Assembly: GCA_965662235.1 (NCBI GenBank)
Contig: CBFIGY010000016.1
Coordinates: 1-64,000, forward strand
Reading direction: 5' to 3'
From: an uncultured bacterium
GTDB taxonomy: Bacteria > SAR324 > NAC60-12
DNA: 64,000 nucleotides
Position 1 is the stretch's first letter, and each line of letters begins with the position of its first letter. Below are positions 26,713-35,761 of the stretch, piece by piece. The notes beneath the pieces are model-generated. The model made no database searches. It was given only the letters and a program-made list of their open reading frames with translations, and was not told where the DNA came from. Made by a program: the position numbers and the translations under genes.

Positions 26713-27644
26713 GTGCCACACTGGGAATTGAAGCCATCGGGACCTTCTTGCCGGAAGGTCGCCTCTCCAACCTGGAGCGGATGGAAGCATTCAGCATGAC
26801 GGAGCAGACCGTCCGGGAGAAGGTCGGGTTCCTGTCAGTCAGTCAGAAGGAGCCTGAGATGGAGACCTCCGACCTGTGCGTCCGGGCTTGGCAAGCGCTC
26901 AAGCAGCAACGGCCCATTCGGTCAGAGGACATCGATTGCCTGGTGGTCTGCACGCAGAATCCGGATGGCTACGGCCTGCCCCACACGTCGGCGATTGTGC
27001 ACCGCAAGCTGGGGCTTTCTCAGAACTGTGCGGCCTTTGACATTTCCCTCGGATGCTCGGGGTTCGTCTACTCCCTCTCGATCATTCAGGCGTTCATGGA
27101 GGCTCAGGGGATGAAAACCGGGGTGCTCTTTACCGCAGACCCTTACTCCAAAGTCATGGACCCGAAGGACAAGAAAACCAGCACGCTGTTTGGCGATGGC
27201 GCTGCTGCGACCCTGATTTCAACTCAACCGGTGTGGAAGAGTGGGGCCTTTGAGTTTGGTTCCGACGGCACCAAGTGGGACAGCATTGTGGTCCGAGACC
27301 AGACCCTCCACATGAACGGGCGGGCGGTGTTCACCTTTTCTGTGCGGATGATTCCCGACAGCATCCGGGCCATGCTGCAGAAGAATGACTGGACCCTAGA
27401 CCAGGTGGACCGGTTGCTGCTGCACCAAGGAAGCCGGCACATCGTCAACTCCATTGCCGATGAGCTGGGAGTCGCCCGCGACAAGTGCCCCTTTTATGCC
27501 GAAAACTACGGCAACACCGTTTCCTCCACCATTCCCTTCATGCTGGCAGAAGAATTCCACAACCCCGACCTTCAGACCGTGCTGGTTGCCGGATTTGGCG
27601 TGGGGCTCTCTTGGGCCAGCACCCTTTTGTTCCGTCAGCCGTGA
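26709..27644 (+). CDS. 3-oxoacyl-ACP synthase III (FabH-like) family protein
   Basis: Cys-His-Asn triad motifs LGCSG, LHQGS, YGNTVSS; FGDGAAA; GFGVGLSW. Confidence 0.9.
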   Translation: MSATLGIEAIGTFLPEGRLSNLERMEAFSMTEQTVREKVGFLSVSQKEPEMETSDLCVRAWQALKQQRPIRSEDIDCLVVCTQNPDGYGLPHTSAIVHRKLGLSQNCAAFDISLGCSGFVYSLSIIQAFMEAQGMKTGVLFTADPYSKVMDPKDKKTSTLFGDGAAATLISTQPVWKSGAFEFGSDGTKWDSIVVRDQTLHMNGRAVFTFSVRMIPDSIRAMLQKNDWTLDQVDRLLLHQGSRHIVNSIADELGVARDKCPFYAENYGNTVSSTIPFMLAEEFHNPDLQTVLVAGFGVGLSWASTLLFRQP

Positions 27645-28876
27645 AGCGCTCCCTCCTGACCCTCCTACTCCTGCTCAGTCTACTGGGCACCGGGGCTTCG
27701 GCGCAAACGCCGGGCTACGAGGCATTGGACACCCGGCTGTCGAAGCTCGTGCAGAAGGGCTGTGTGCTGGTGGGTTCCTCCAGACAGGTCCTCTACCGTT
27801 ACCCGCAGGGCTGCAACCCCACTCTGGTCCCCGCGTCACTGCTGAAGGTGGCCAATGCCTACGCGGCCCTTTCCATTCTGGGTCCGGATTACCAGTTTCC
27901 CACCGATGTGTACGTCAGTGACGATCAGCGCCTAGGCATCAAGGGCTGGGGCGATCCTTACCTAACGTCCGAGACGTGGGCGGACCTTGCTGAAACCCTA
28001 GCGGCGGTTCCGGAATTGCCTCGAACGTGGCGTTCTCTGTTCTTGGACACGAGTGCTTTCGATCCAGAGTTGAGCATTCCGGGACTGGAGGCGTCGCTGG
28101 ACCCCTACAACGCCAAAATTGGTTCGCTTTCATCCAACTTCAACACGGTCTACCTCGAGGTGCAGCCAAATGGAACCGTGCGTTCCGCGGAACCACAGAC
28201 GCCGCTGACGCAGGTGGCGCGCTCGCTGGCAAAGGGACTGAAGCCTGGAAAGCACCGCATCAACATTACGCTGGAGGCCGGACGCTCCCTAGACTACAGC
28301 GCAGAGTTGGCCCGCTTCTTCTTGGAGCAACAGGGATTTCAGTTTCAGGAGCCCTCTTATGGGATCCGTGAAGTGGGGCCAACCGACCGGCGGGTGCTGC
28401 GGTACCTCAATCCGAAAAAGCTTCCGGAAGTCCTTGCCGGCATGCTTCAATATTCCAATAACTACATTGCCAACGAGTTGCTCCTGGCAATGGGACGTCA
28501 GCAGGCAGGCAATCCGGCGTCTCTCGGAAAGGGCGTCCGGGCGTTTCAGCAGTTCCTGGAGCGTCAGATGCAGTGGGCTCCGGAAACCTTTCAGATTGCA
28601 GAAGGGTCTGGGATCTCGCGTCAGAACCGCATGACCCCGGAAATGATCCTCGAACTGCTCCGAGCCTTTGAACCGTATGAGACCCTGCTGCCGCTGGAAA
28701 AAGGCGTCCGCCTGAAAACCGGAACCCTCAAGGGCATCTACAACATTGCGGGCTACTTCCCTGATGTGGAGGACCGCTACTTTGTGGTGATGCTGGAACA
28801 GAAGAAGAACTACCGGGATGCGGTGATGCGGCACCTGCTGCGTACCTCGTTCCCTGAACCGACGGGTGCAAACTGA
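27641..28876 (+). CDS. dacB: D-alanyl-D-alanine carboxypeptidase/endopeptidase (peptidase S13, PBP4-like)
   Basis: SxxK (PASLLK), GWGDPYL, SxN (YSNN), EGSGISR.N, KTG (KTGTL); GTG start with signal peptide. Confidence 0.88.
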   Translation: MKRSLLTLLLLLSLLGTGASAQTPGYEALDTRLSKLVQKGCVLVGSSRQVLYRYPQGCNPTLVPASLLKVANAYAALSILGPDYQFPTDVYVSDDQRLGIKGWGDPYLTSETWADLAETLAAVPELPRTWRSLFLDTSAFDPELSIPGLEASLDPYNAKIGSLSSNFNTVYLEVQPNGTVRSAEPQTPLTQVARSLAKGLKPGKHRINITLEAGRSLDYSAELARFFLEQQGFQFQEPSYGIREVGPTDRRVLRYLNPKKLPEVLAGMLQYSNNYIANELLLAMGRQQAGNPASLGKGVRAFQQFLERQMQWAPETFQIAEGSGISRQNRMTPEMILELLRAFEPYETLLPLEKGVRLKTGTLKGIYNIAGYFPDVEDRYFVVMLEQKKNYRDAVMRHLLRTSFPEPTGAN

Positions 28877-29424
28877 TGCGATTCCTTGTGCTACTGAGTT
28901 TCCTCTGCCTGAGCTGGACCTCCTTTGGCTGGGCGCAGAAGGTGCCATTGACAGACAGCGAGCGGACCCTCCTCAAGGAGATGAAGGTCGAGATGCCCAC
29001 CATGCTGATTGAGGCTCATAACTTTGAGATGAAGCTGATGGATGGGCGGGAACTGCCGCTGAGCGAGTTCCGGGGAAAGTTTGTGCTGCTGAACTTCTGG
29101 GCCACGTGGTGTGCTCCGTGCCTGCGGGAGATGCCAGACATGGAAGCGCTGCAGGAAAACGTTGGATCGGAGAACCTGACCGTGCTGGCGGTTTCTATGG
29201 GAGAGACGGAGGAACGGGTGCAGAAATTTCTGAAGATGCACGGATTCACGTTCCCCATTGTGGCCGATACCTCGATGGAGATTGTTCAGCTTTACGGTGT
29301 CAAGAACATCCCGATCACCTACCTCATCAGCCCGGAAGGGGTCATTCTGGGACGCGCACTCGGGCCCCGGGAGTGGAACCGTATTTCCTTCCAGGAGTTT
29401 GTCAAGAGCCGAGTCGCGGGCTAA
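28876..29424 (+). CDS. TlpA/ResA family thiol-disulfide oxidoreductase
   Basis: LNFWATWCAPCLREMP; signal peptide. Confidence 0.92.
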   Translation: MRFLVLLSFLCLSWTSFGWAQKVPLTDSERTLLKEMKVEMPTMLIEAHNFEMKLMDGRELPLSEFRGKFVLLNFWATWCAPCLREMPDMEALQENVGSENLTVLAVSMGETEERVQKFLKMHGFTFPIVADTSMEIVQLYGVKNIPITYLISPEGVILGRALGPREWNRISFQEFVKSRVAG

Positions 29425-29479
29425 TGCAGGAGTCTAGGCGCGAGTCACTGATGGACAAGAAGTCGCCCAGAAACGAGTG

Positions 29480-29872
29480 AGGCATCCGACCAAGGACAAC
29501 CCAAGGCGTTTCGGCATCCGAGCCAACGTGTGAATCAATAAGAGGGAGAAGAATGGGGGAGGTGGCAAGGAAGCCCGGCACCGATCTCAAGACATCTTCC
29601 AGCCTGAGGCCTGCATCGATTTTCCTGGTACATGAAGCTTCGACTTTGTTTTAGGAGGTGTCGAAACCAGGATTTCCCTAAAAAATCGGTGCCGTTTTGC
29701 CGCTTCTCCTGAGGTACTCGTGGGAGAAGCAACGGAATTCTTAAGTTGAGAATTAGCATACCGATGCTTGGCGGAGGAGTCCAGTAAAAAATTGTAACTC
29801 TAGTGGTGATTTCTGCTACTAAACGGATTTAGTAAACCGTTACAGCGGTTTTGTGAGGGCAAAACCTTGGGA
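29480..29872 (+). ncRNA. Candidate structured non-coding RNA, class unknown
   Basis: Nested helices 29556-70/29695-709, 29576-85/29685-94, 29623-29/29666-72, 29639-44/29660-65 plus downstream hairpins; G-U pairs favour the + strand. Confidence 0.5.
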
Positions 29873-29873
29873 A

Positions 29874-30692
29874 TTATGGGGTCAGCAGGAGGGCCTGCAG
29901 GCGTTCAAATTCTTCGAGAGACGAGTAGTGCAGCTCAATCCGACCCTGCCCGGAGTGGAAGTGGATGGAGACCTTGGTCCGGAGGTGACGGCTGAATTCC
30001 TCTTCTAGGGACTGCAGGTGGATCTGGGTGGATTCGGAGGTCTGAGGTGTGGAACGAGAGGAGCCTGGCGTCCGGAATAGGCTCGCCCACCGAGCCTGCT
30101 CGGCCTTAACCGCTTTCTCGGTCTGCCGGACGTTCCAGGCCTGTCGAAGGATCTGCTCCCGGAGGTGAAGCTGAGACGCGGCTCCAGGAAGTCCCAGCAA
30201 CGCCCGGGCGTGTCCGGAAGAGAGGCGCCCGGCTTCAACATCTTGCTGAATGGCCTCCGGAAGCTGGAGCAGCCGCAGTTGGTTGGCAATGGTGGAGCGG
30301 TCCTTGCCCAGACGGCGGGCCAGTTCATTTTGGGTACAGGCGTACATCCGGAGCAGGTCCTGATAAGCCTGAGCCTCTTCAATGGGGCTGAGGTCCTCCC
30401 GCTGAATGTTTTCCAGCAACGCCACTTCCAGCAGCTCCTGATCAGAAACCTTCCGAACCAGCACCGGAACCGTCTCTGCCTCTAGGAGGTTCAGGGCCCG
30501 CCAGCGACGTTCTCCTGCAACCAACTCGTAATGATCCTGAGCCCGCTCCCGGACCACCAGTGGCTGGAGGATGCCTTGACTCCGAATGGACTGGGCCAGT
30601 TCCTGAAGGGAACGTTCGTTGAAACGTCGACGTGGCTGGTTCGGGTTGGGCACCACCTGATGGAGCGGCACCTCCCGGAGCTCCTGACTCAT
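29874..30692 (-). CDS. parB: ParB/Spo0J family protein (no adjacent parA)
   Basis: NPNQPRRRF, GILQPLVV, LVAGERRWRA, ENIQREDL, HTH QNELARRLGKDRSTIAN, GHARALL. Confidence 0.9.
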   Translation of the reverse strand: MSQELREVPLHQVVPNPNQPRRRFNERSLQELAQSIRSQGILQPLVVRERAQDHYELVAGERRWRALNLLEAETVPVLVRKVSDQELLEVALLENIQREDLSPIEEAQAYQDLLRMYACTQNELARRLGKDRSTIANQLRLLQLPEAIQQDVEAGRLSSGHARALLGLPGAASQLHLREQILRQAWNVRQTEKAVKAEQARWASLFRTPGSSRSTPQTSESTQIHLQSLEEEFSRHLRTKVSIHFHSGQGRIELHYSSLEEFERLQALLLTP

Positions 30693-31432
30693 TTTTGCAA
30701 CCAGAGGAAAAATTCACGGTTGCCGCTCTTCTTCCCGATGATCGAAGAGTGACTTTCGCCCCGGACCGTAAATCCACAGGACTCGGCTTCCGCCCTCAGT
30801 TCATCCAGCACCCGCCGGTGGGTGTCCTCGCTGGAAACCTTCCCGCCCCGCCCAATCTCCTCCACTCCGGCCTCAAACTGCGGCTTGACCAAGGCGAGGA
30901 CGAACGCACCGGGCTTCAGGAACTCCGCGGCTTTGGGAAGGATCAGGCGCAAGGAAATGAACGAAGCGTCAATCACCACCAGGTCCACGAGCTCTCCAAG
31001 CGTTTCTGCTTCCAGGTAGCGAACGTTGGTTCGCTCTAGGGAAACCACCCGTGGATCCTGGCGAAGTTCCCAAGCCAGCTGCCCATAGCCCACATCGACG
31101 GCAAACACCTTGGCGGCACCATGCAACAGGAGGCAGTGGGTAAAGCCCCCGGTTGAGGCTCCAATGTCCAGAGCCACCCACCCTTCCGGAGCAACGGCAA
31201 ACTCACGCAGCGCTCCTTCGAGCTTCAATCCCCCGCGACTGACATACGGGTGGTCGCGTCCCAACACTTCCAGCACCGCATCTTCCGGAACGGATTTCCC
31301 GGGCTTGTCGGCAGGGGTTCCGTTGACGCGAACCTGATGAGCGAGCACATAAGCCTGGGCCTTTTCTCGAGAAGGAGCCAGCCCCTTGTCAACCAAGAGC
31401 ACGTCCAGCCGCTTGCGCTGAGGGCGACTCAC
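30689..31432 (-). CDS. tlyA: TlyA family rRNA 2'-O-methyltransferase
   Basis: S4 domain RLDVLLV, YVSRGGLKL, DIGASTGGFT, DVGYGQL, KPQFE. Confidence 0.95.
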   Translation of the reverse strand: MSRPQRKRLDVLLVDKGLAPSREKAQAYVLAHQVRVNGTPADKPGKSVPEDAVLEVLGRDHPYVSRGGLKLEGALREFAVAPEGWVALDIGASTGGFTHCLLLHGAAKVFAVDVGYGQLAWELRQDPRVVSLERTNVRYLEAETLGELVDLVVIDASFISLRLILPKAAEFLKPGAFVLALVKPQFEAGVEEIGRGGKVSSEDTHRRVLDELRAEAESCGFTVRGESHSSIIGKKSGNREFFLWLQK

Positions 31433-31438
31433 AGCAGC

Positions 31439-33505
31439 TTATCCTTTTTCGGTGTGGGTGAAGACCACGTTCCAGCCGCTGGGGTCGACGAGGTACTGCT
31501 GGCAGCGCTGCAGCATCACCTCGGAGGGACCGTCTCCAGGATGAATCGAGAGGGCCTTTTCAAAGTGCTGAATGGCGGTTTTGAAATCGGCTTCTTGGTA
31601 GACCTGAAGTCCCTGGGCGTACGCTTCCGTTGCGCCGGCGATGGTGCCGGTGGTCTGGTTCTTCCGGGCCAGCAGTTCATAGACATGAACCGGGTCGTTG
31701 CGGCCGACCACTCGGATGACATCCAGAAGGCGCACGTCCACGGCGTCTTGGGCTTGCTTGTAGGTGTCACCGGAGATCATGGTGTAGTTTTTATAAAACT
31801 TGTTGGCACCTTCCAGCCGAGCGGCGAGGTTCACGGTGTCGCCCATCATGGTGTAGTCCATGCGCTGGGCGGAGCCCATGTTGCCGACCACGATGGGGCC
31901 GCTGTTGATGCCTTGGCGGGCATAGAGCTGGTCGCGTCCCTGTTGCTTCCAAACCTTCCGCATTTCTGCAAGCCGCTCCTGCATGTCAATGGCCGCGAGG
32001 CAGCAGAGGGTGGCATGGTTGGGCTGCTCGAGTGGAGCCCCCCAGAAGGCGATGATGGCGTCGCCTTCGAACTTGTCGATGGTGCCATTGTGAGACGAAA
32101 TGATGTTGCACATCTCAGTAAGGTACTCATTGAGCAGCTGCACGAGCTCTTCTGGAGTCAGCTTCTCGGAGATGGTGGAAAACTTCTGCACATCCGAAAA
32201 ATAGGCCGTCATTTCCCGGCGCTCGCCTCCCAGCTTCAGCTTGCTCGGGTCATCGACAATGACGTCAATCACAGCAGGTGAGAGGTACTGCGAGAAGGCG
32301 CCCTTGATGAAGGTCTTCTGTTTGCGTTCCTTCAGGTAGAGGAAAAGGTTGATGAGGACGAAGCTGAGCACACACGCCAGCAACGCGTAGGTCATGGAAA
32401 ACGCGACTCCGTGGTAGACATAGGCGTAAAACGCGGCCACCACGTAGGCGACGGTGATCAGCAGGTACAGCGGCGTGGCAAAGTGTCCCGAATGCGAAGC
32501 GGCCACAAAGAGCAGAAAGAGCCCCAGCAGAACCGCCAGCTCGGCAAACTCTGGAGCCGGCCGGATGGGGCCGTTGCTCATGATGGTGTTGATGGTGTCA
32601 GCCAGGATCTCAATTCCGTACACCTCCCCAATTGGTGTCTCAAAAATATCGTGGGAGACTTCAGACGTGTCGCCGACAAGGACGATCTTTCCCTCGACCA
32701 GAGGCCGGAGGTCTTCGGTTTCGTAGTCGAAGTCTTCTTCCGGAATGTCCTCAAGGTCCATGAGGATCATGGCTGCAGTAATGGCGGCCGGAGTGTTTTT
32801 GCTGAGAAAGTTGGTGTGCGGAGGCAGGCTGGGGAAGTCGATCCAGAGGTCGTAGTTATGATCCAGTGGCGCTTGATAAGGCCCCACCACTAGGGTCTGT
32901 CCTTCCAGCCGAGGCTCCTCGCCCACAGCCATGGAGAGGGCCTTCACGGCAAAGGGCCAGAGGTTGTGTTCTTGGTGAATCTGGGGATAGAACCGGACTC
33001 GCGAGAGGTTGCTCCCGATCAGGGTGTGGTTGGTGTAGCCATCCTGAGTGGCCTCTGCAAGCACCTCGGTTGGACCATTGATGCCCTGCAGCTCCTGATT
33101 CTTGAGCTGCAGCTGCGACACCACCATCGTGTTTCCTGCGGCCTTCAGTGCCTCTGCGAGAATCGGGTCCTCGTCATAGCCGTTGGGAAAGTCCATCAGC
33201 ATGTCCAGCGCAATGACCTTTGCTCCAAGCTTGTGGAGGTTGGTGACAATGGTGGCAATGTCCTTGCGTTTGAGGGGCCAGCTTCCGTATTCGTCAAAGA
33301 ACTCTTCCTCTGTGTCCACAATCAGGATCTGGTCGTAAGGGAACTGAGTCTGTTCCGGAGGCAGGGCACTGTTTCGCCAGATGTGCCGGAAGCCGAGGAG
33401 CTGGTTTTCGACCATCGGAAAAAGCTCCAGGCGTTCTGCGGGCACCATGAGCAGAAACAGAAGGCCCACAAGCCACAGTTCGGGACGATTGAAGATCTTT
33501 TTCAT
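31439..33505 (-). CDS. CHASE2-domain class III adenylate/guanylate cyclase with C-terminal TPR-like tail
   Basis: GSWPLKR, YGIEILA, three TM helices, FSDVQKFSTISE, DKFEGDAI, GDTVNLAARLEG. Confidence 0.93.
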   Translation of the reverse strand: MKKIFNRPELWLVGLLFLLMVPAERLELFPMVENQLLGFRHIWRNSALPPEQTQFPYDQILIVDTEEEFFDEYGSWPLKRKDIATIVTNLHKLGAKVIALDMLMDFPNGYDEDPILAEALKAAGNTMVVSQLQLKNQELQGINGPTEVLAEATQDGYTNHTLIGSNLSRVRFYPQIHQEHNLWPFAVKALSMAVGEEPRLEGQTLVVGPYQAPLDHNYDLWIDFPSLPPHTNFLSKNTPAAITAAMILMDLEDIPEEDFDYETEDLRPLVEGKIVLVGDTSEVSHDIFETPIGEVYGIEILADTINTIMSNGPIRPAPEFAELAVLLGLFLLFVAASHSGHFATPLYLLITVAYVVAAFYAYVYHGVAFSMTYALLACVLSFVLINLFLYLKERKQKTFIKGAFSQYLSPAVIDVIVDDPSKLKLGGERREMTAYFSDVQKFSTISEKLTPEELVQLLNEYLTEMCNIISSHNGTIDKFEGDAIIAFWGAPLEQPNHATLCCLAAIDMQERLAEMRKVWKQQGRDQLYARQGINSGPIVVGNMGSAQRMDYTMMGDTVNLAARLEGANKFYKNYTMISGDTYKQAQDAVDVRLLDVIRVVGRNDPVHVYELLARKNQTTGTIAGATEAYAQGLQVYQEADFKTAIQHFEKALSIHPGDGPSEVMLQRCQQYLVDPSGWNVVFTHTEKG

Positions 33506-33716
33506 GAAACTGCTGGAGTAAGAAAAGTTGAGGCGGTGGCCAAGGACGTAAGGTTCAAAAAACCCCTGCACCATGCCACACCTGTGAAAAATGCACAAAC
33601 AGCTCGTGCGGCCCGGACGACGTCACCATTGACCTGCTGGCTGAAAGTGGCTTACAGTAGGGGCGTTTGGGAACCCCTGTGCTCCCGCAGGCAGGCTTTT
33701 TCTCTGGAGCAGTACC

Positions 33717-34550
33717 ATGTTTAAGAAGCTGGAGTCCACGGTGTGGGTGTTTGATGTGGAGTGGGTCCCGGACCCGGAGCTGGGACGTCGGCTGTACCAG
33801 CTTCCGGAGGAGATGCTTCCGGAAGAGGTGCTCCAGGAAATGTGGCGTCACGGAGGCGCATCAGACGACGACCCGCAGCCTTACCTGAAAACGATCCTCT
33901 GCCGCGTCGTTTCCATTGCTGCGGTCACCCGGAAGGTTCACCGCAACGGGGAAGTCTCGCTGCAGCTGACCTCGTTGCCGCACGATGTCACGGATCCGGA
34001 GCAGGGGAAGGAGTCGGAAATCCTTCAGCGTTTTTTGCAGGCGGTAGGACAGCACCACCCGCAGCTCGTGGGGTTCAATTCTCAGCGGGCGGATCTGAAG
34101 ATCCTCGTCCAGCGGGCGGTCGCCCAGGGACTCCAAGCCCCTGATTTTGCGCGACGTCCGAACAAACCCTGGGAGGGCCCGGACTACTGGTCAACTGCCA
34201 GTGACTTCAATGTGGACCTGATGAGCATTTTGGGCAGCTTCGGAAAATCCACTCCGTCACTGCACGAGATGGCCCTCGCCTGCCGCATTCCCGGAAAGCT
34301 CAGCACCAGCGGCGACAATGTGGCAGAAATGTGGCTGAATGGACACTGGCAGGAAATTGTCGCCTACAATGAAACCGATGCCCTCACCACCTACCTGGTC
34401 TGGCTACGGCTGGCTCATTTTGCCGGCTTCCTCACTCCGGAGGCGTATGCTCAGGAGCAGGAGCAGCTCCGGCAGTTGCTCCAGGACTCCGACGCCCCCC
34501 ACCTCTTGGAGTTTCTCACTGCCTGGGATCACCTGCAGGCCCTTTCCTAA
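33717..34550 (+). CDS. Stand-alone PolB-like 3'-5' exonuclease
   Basis: FDVEW, LVGFNSQRAD, IPGK, YNETDALTTY. Confidence 0.85.
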   Translation: MFKKLESTVWVFDVEWVPDPELGRRLYQLPEEMLPEEVLQEMWRHGGASDDDPQPYLKTILCRVVSIAAVTRKVHRNGEVSLQLTSLPHDVTDPEQGKESEILQRFLQAVGQHHPQLVGFNSQRADLKILVQRAVAQGLQAPDFARRPNKPWEGPDYWSTASDFNVDLMSILGSFGKSTPSLHEMALACRIPGKLSTSGDNVAEMWLNGHWQEIVAYNETDALTTYLVWLRLAHFAGFLTPEAYAQEQEQLRQLLQDSDAPHLLEFLTAWDHLQALS

Positions 34551-34558
34551 AGACCCAA

Positions 34559-35737
34559 ATGTCCGAACAGCATGAATTTCTTGAGGCAGCCGAGTTGGCT
34601 CGGAGCCGATCCCGTCTGCAGGGAGCTCCGGCTCCAGAAGCCGCTGAACGTCCCCTGCAGGCACGTCCGGGAGAGGCCAGTGGCTTTGAAAAGATCCTGC
34701 CCCTTTCTACAAATGAAACGCTGCGTGAGCGGTACATCAATTTTTTTGGGGGGCTGCGAGTGGGGAAGCTCCTGGAGGAGTTGGACCTCAGTGCCGGGAT
34801 GGTTGCCTACACGCATGCCGAAGGATGGGAACGGGGTCTGACGATTGTGACCGCCGCTTGTGACCGGATCGACCTGACCGGGCCTCTCCGGAGCGATCAG
34901 GACCTGCGCATCCAGGGGAGTGTCAACTGGGTGGGCCGCAGTTCCATGGAGGTGGGCTTCCGGATCTCGGCACAGGAAGCAGGGAGCTGGCGGCCCGTGG
35001 CCCGCGCCTACTTCATCATGGTGTCTCGACGCGGTGAGGCGGCTGCCCCGGTGAACCCACTCATCCGGGAAACCGAGGATGCGGTTCGGCGTTTTGCAGA
35101 AGGAGAGGTGCGGCAGCAACAACGCCGAGAACTGGCGCATCAGCATGTGCACCGGCAGCCGCCTTCCGCTGAAGAGGGACAGGTGCTCCACGACCTCTTC
35201 TTGGCTCGCAGCTCCGGACAGGTGGGAGTGCCGATGAGTGAGACCATCCGGCAGTCCACGCTACTCATGCACCCTCAGTCCAAGAACATCCATAATAAGA
35301 TCTTTGGCGGGTACCTGATGCGGGAGGCCTTTGAGCTGGCTTGGAACATCACCGTTCTCCACTGCCGCCGTCGCCCACATTTTGTCAGCGTCGACCACAT
35401 GTACTTCTTTGAGCCAGTTGAGATCGGGGCCATCCTCTCGTTCACGGGGCGGGTCATTTACACCAGTGAGCAGGCGCTGATGGTGGAAGTGGTCACCGAG
35501 GTCATTCAGCCGTCAACGGGGGAAACCCGGGTGACCAACGACTGCTTCTTTACCTTCACGGCACCAGAACAGAATGGGGAGGCCGTTGCGATTCCTGCAG
35601 TGCAGCCGCATACGTACGAGGAAGGACTGAAGTACCTAGAAGGACGGAGGCGCTTTCAGCTGGGAGAGGCCATTCGGAGGAAGAAATCCGGAGAAGCGTC
35701 TGAGGCTTCAGAGGAGGGTTCGACTTTGGGAGCGTGA
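34559..35737 (+). CDS. Double hotdog acyl-CoA thioesterase (ACOT9-like)
   Basis: GKLLEELD, IVTAACDRID, WVGRSSMEV, NIHNKIFGGYLMREAFELAW. Confidence 0.85.
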   Translation: MSEQHEFLEAAELARSRSRLQGAPAPEAAERPLQARPGEASGFEKILPLSTNETLRERYINFFGGLRVGKLLEELDLSAGMVAYTHAEGWERGLTIVTAACDRIDLTGPLRSDQDLRIQGSVNWVGRSSMEVGFRISAQEAGSWRPVARAYFIMVSRRGEAAAPVNPLIRETEDAVRRFAEGEVRQQQRRELAHQHVHRQPPSAEEGQVLHDLFLARSSGQVGVPMSETIRQSTLLMHPQSKNIHNKIFGGYLMREAFELAWNITVLHCRRRPHFVSVDHMYFFEPVEIGAILSFTGRVIYTSEQALMVEVVTEVIQPSTGETRVTNDCFFTFTAPEQNGEAVAIPAVQPHTYEEGLKYLEGRRRFQLGEAIRRKKSGEASEASEEGSTLGA

Positions 35738-35761
35738 GGCCCCCAAAGCCGATGAAACGGG

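Noticed and set aside
29553..29654. 33-codon ORF (MGEVARKPG...) with a purine-rich leader inside candidate RNA A
   Set aside because: No recognisable features, and it coincides with the paired stems; it cannot be supported without Ribo-seq.
29655..29682. tmRNA-like GGTTTCGAC and cobalamin-riboswitch-like AGGGAA on the minus strand
   Set aside because: No tRNA-like T-arm or CCA and no B12 box; G-U pairing favours the other strand.
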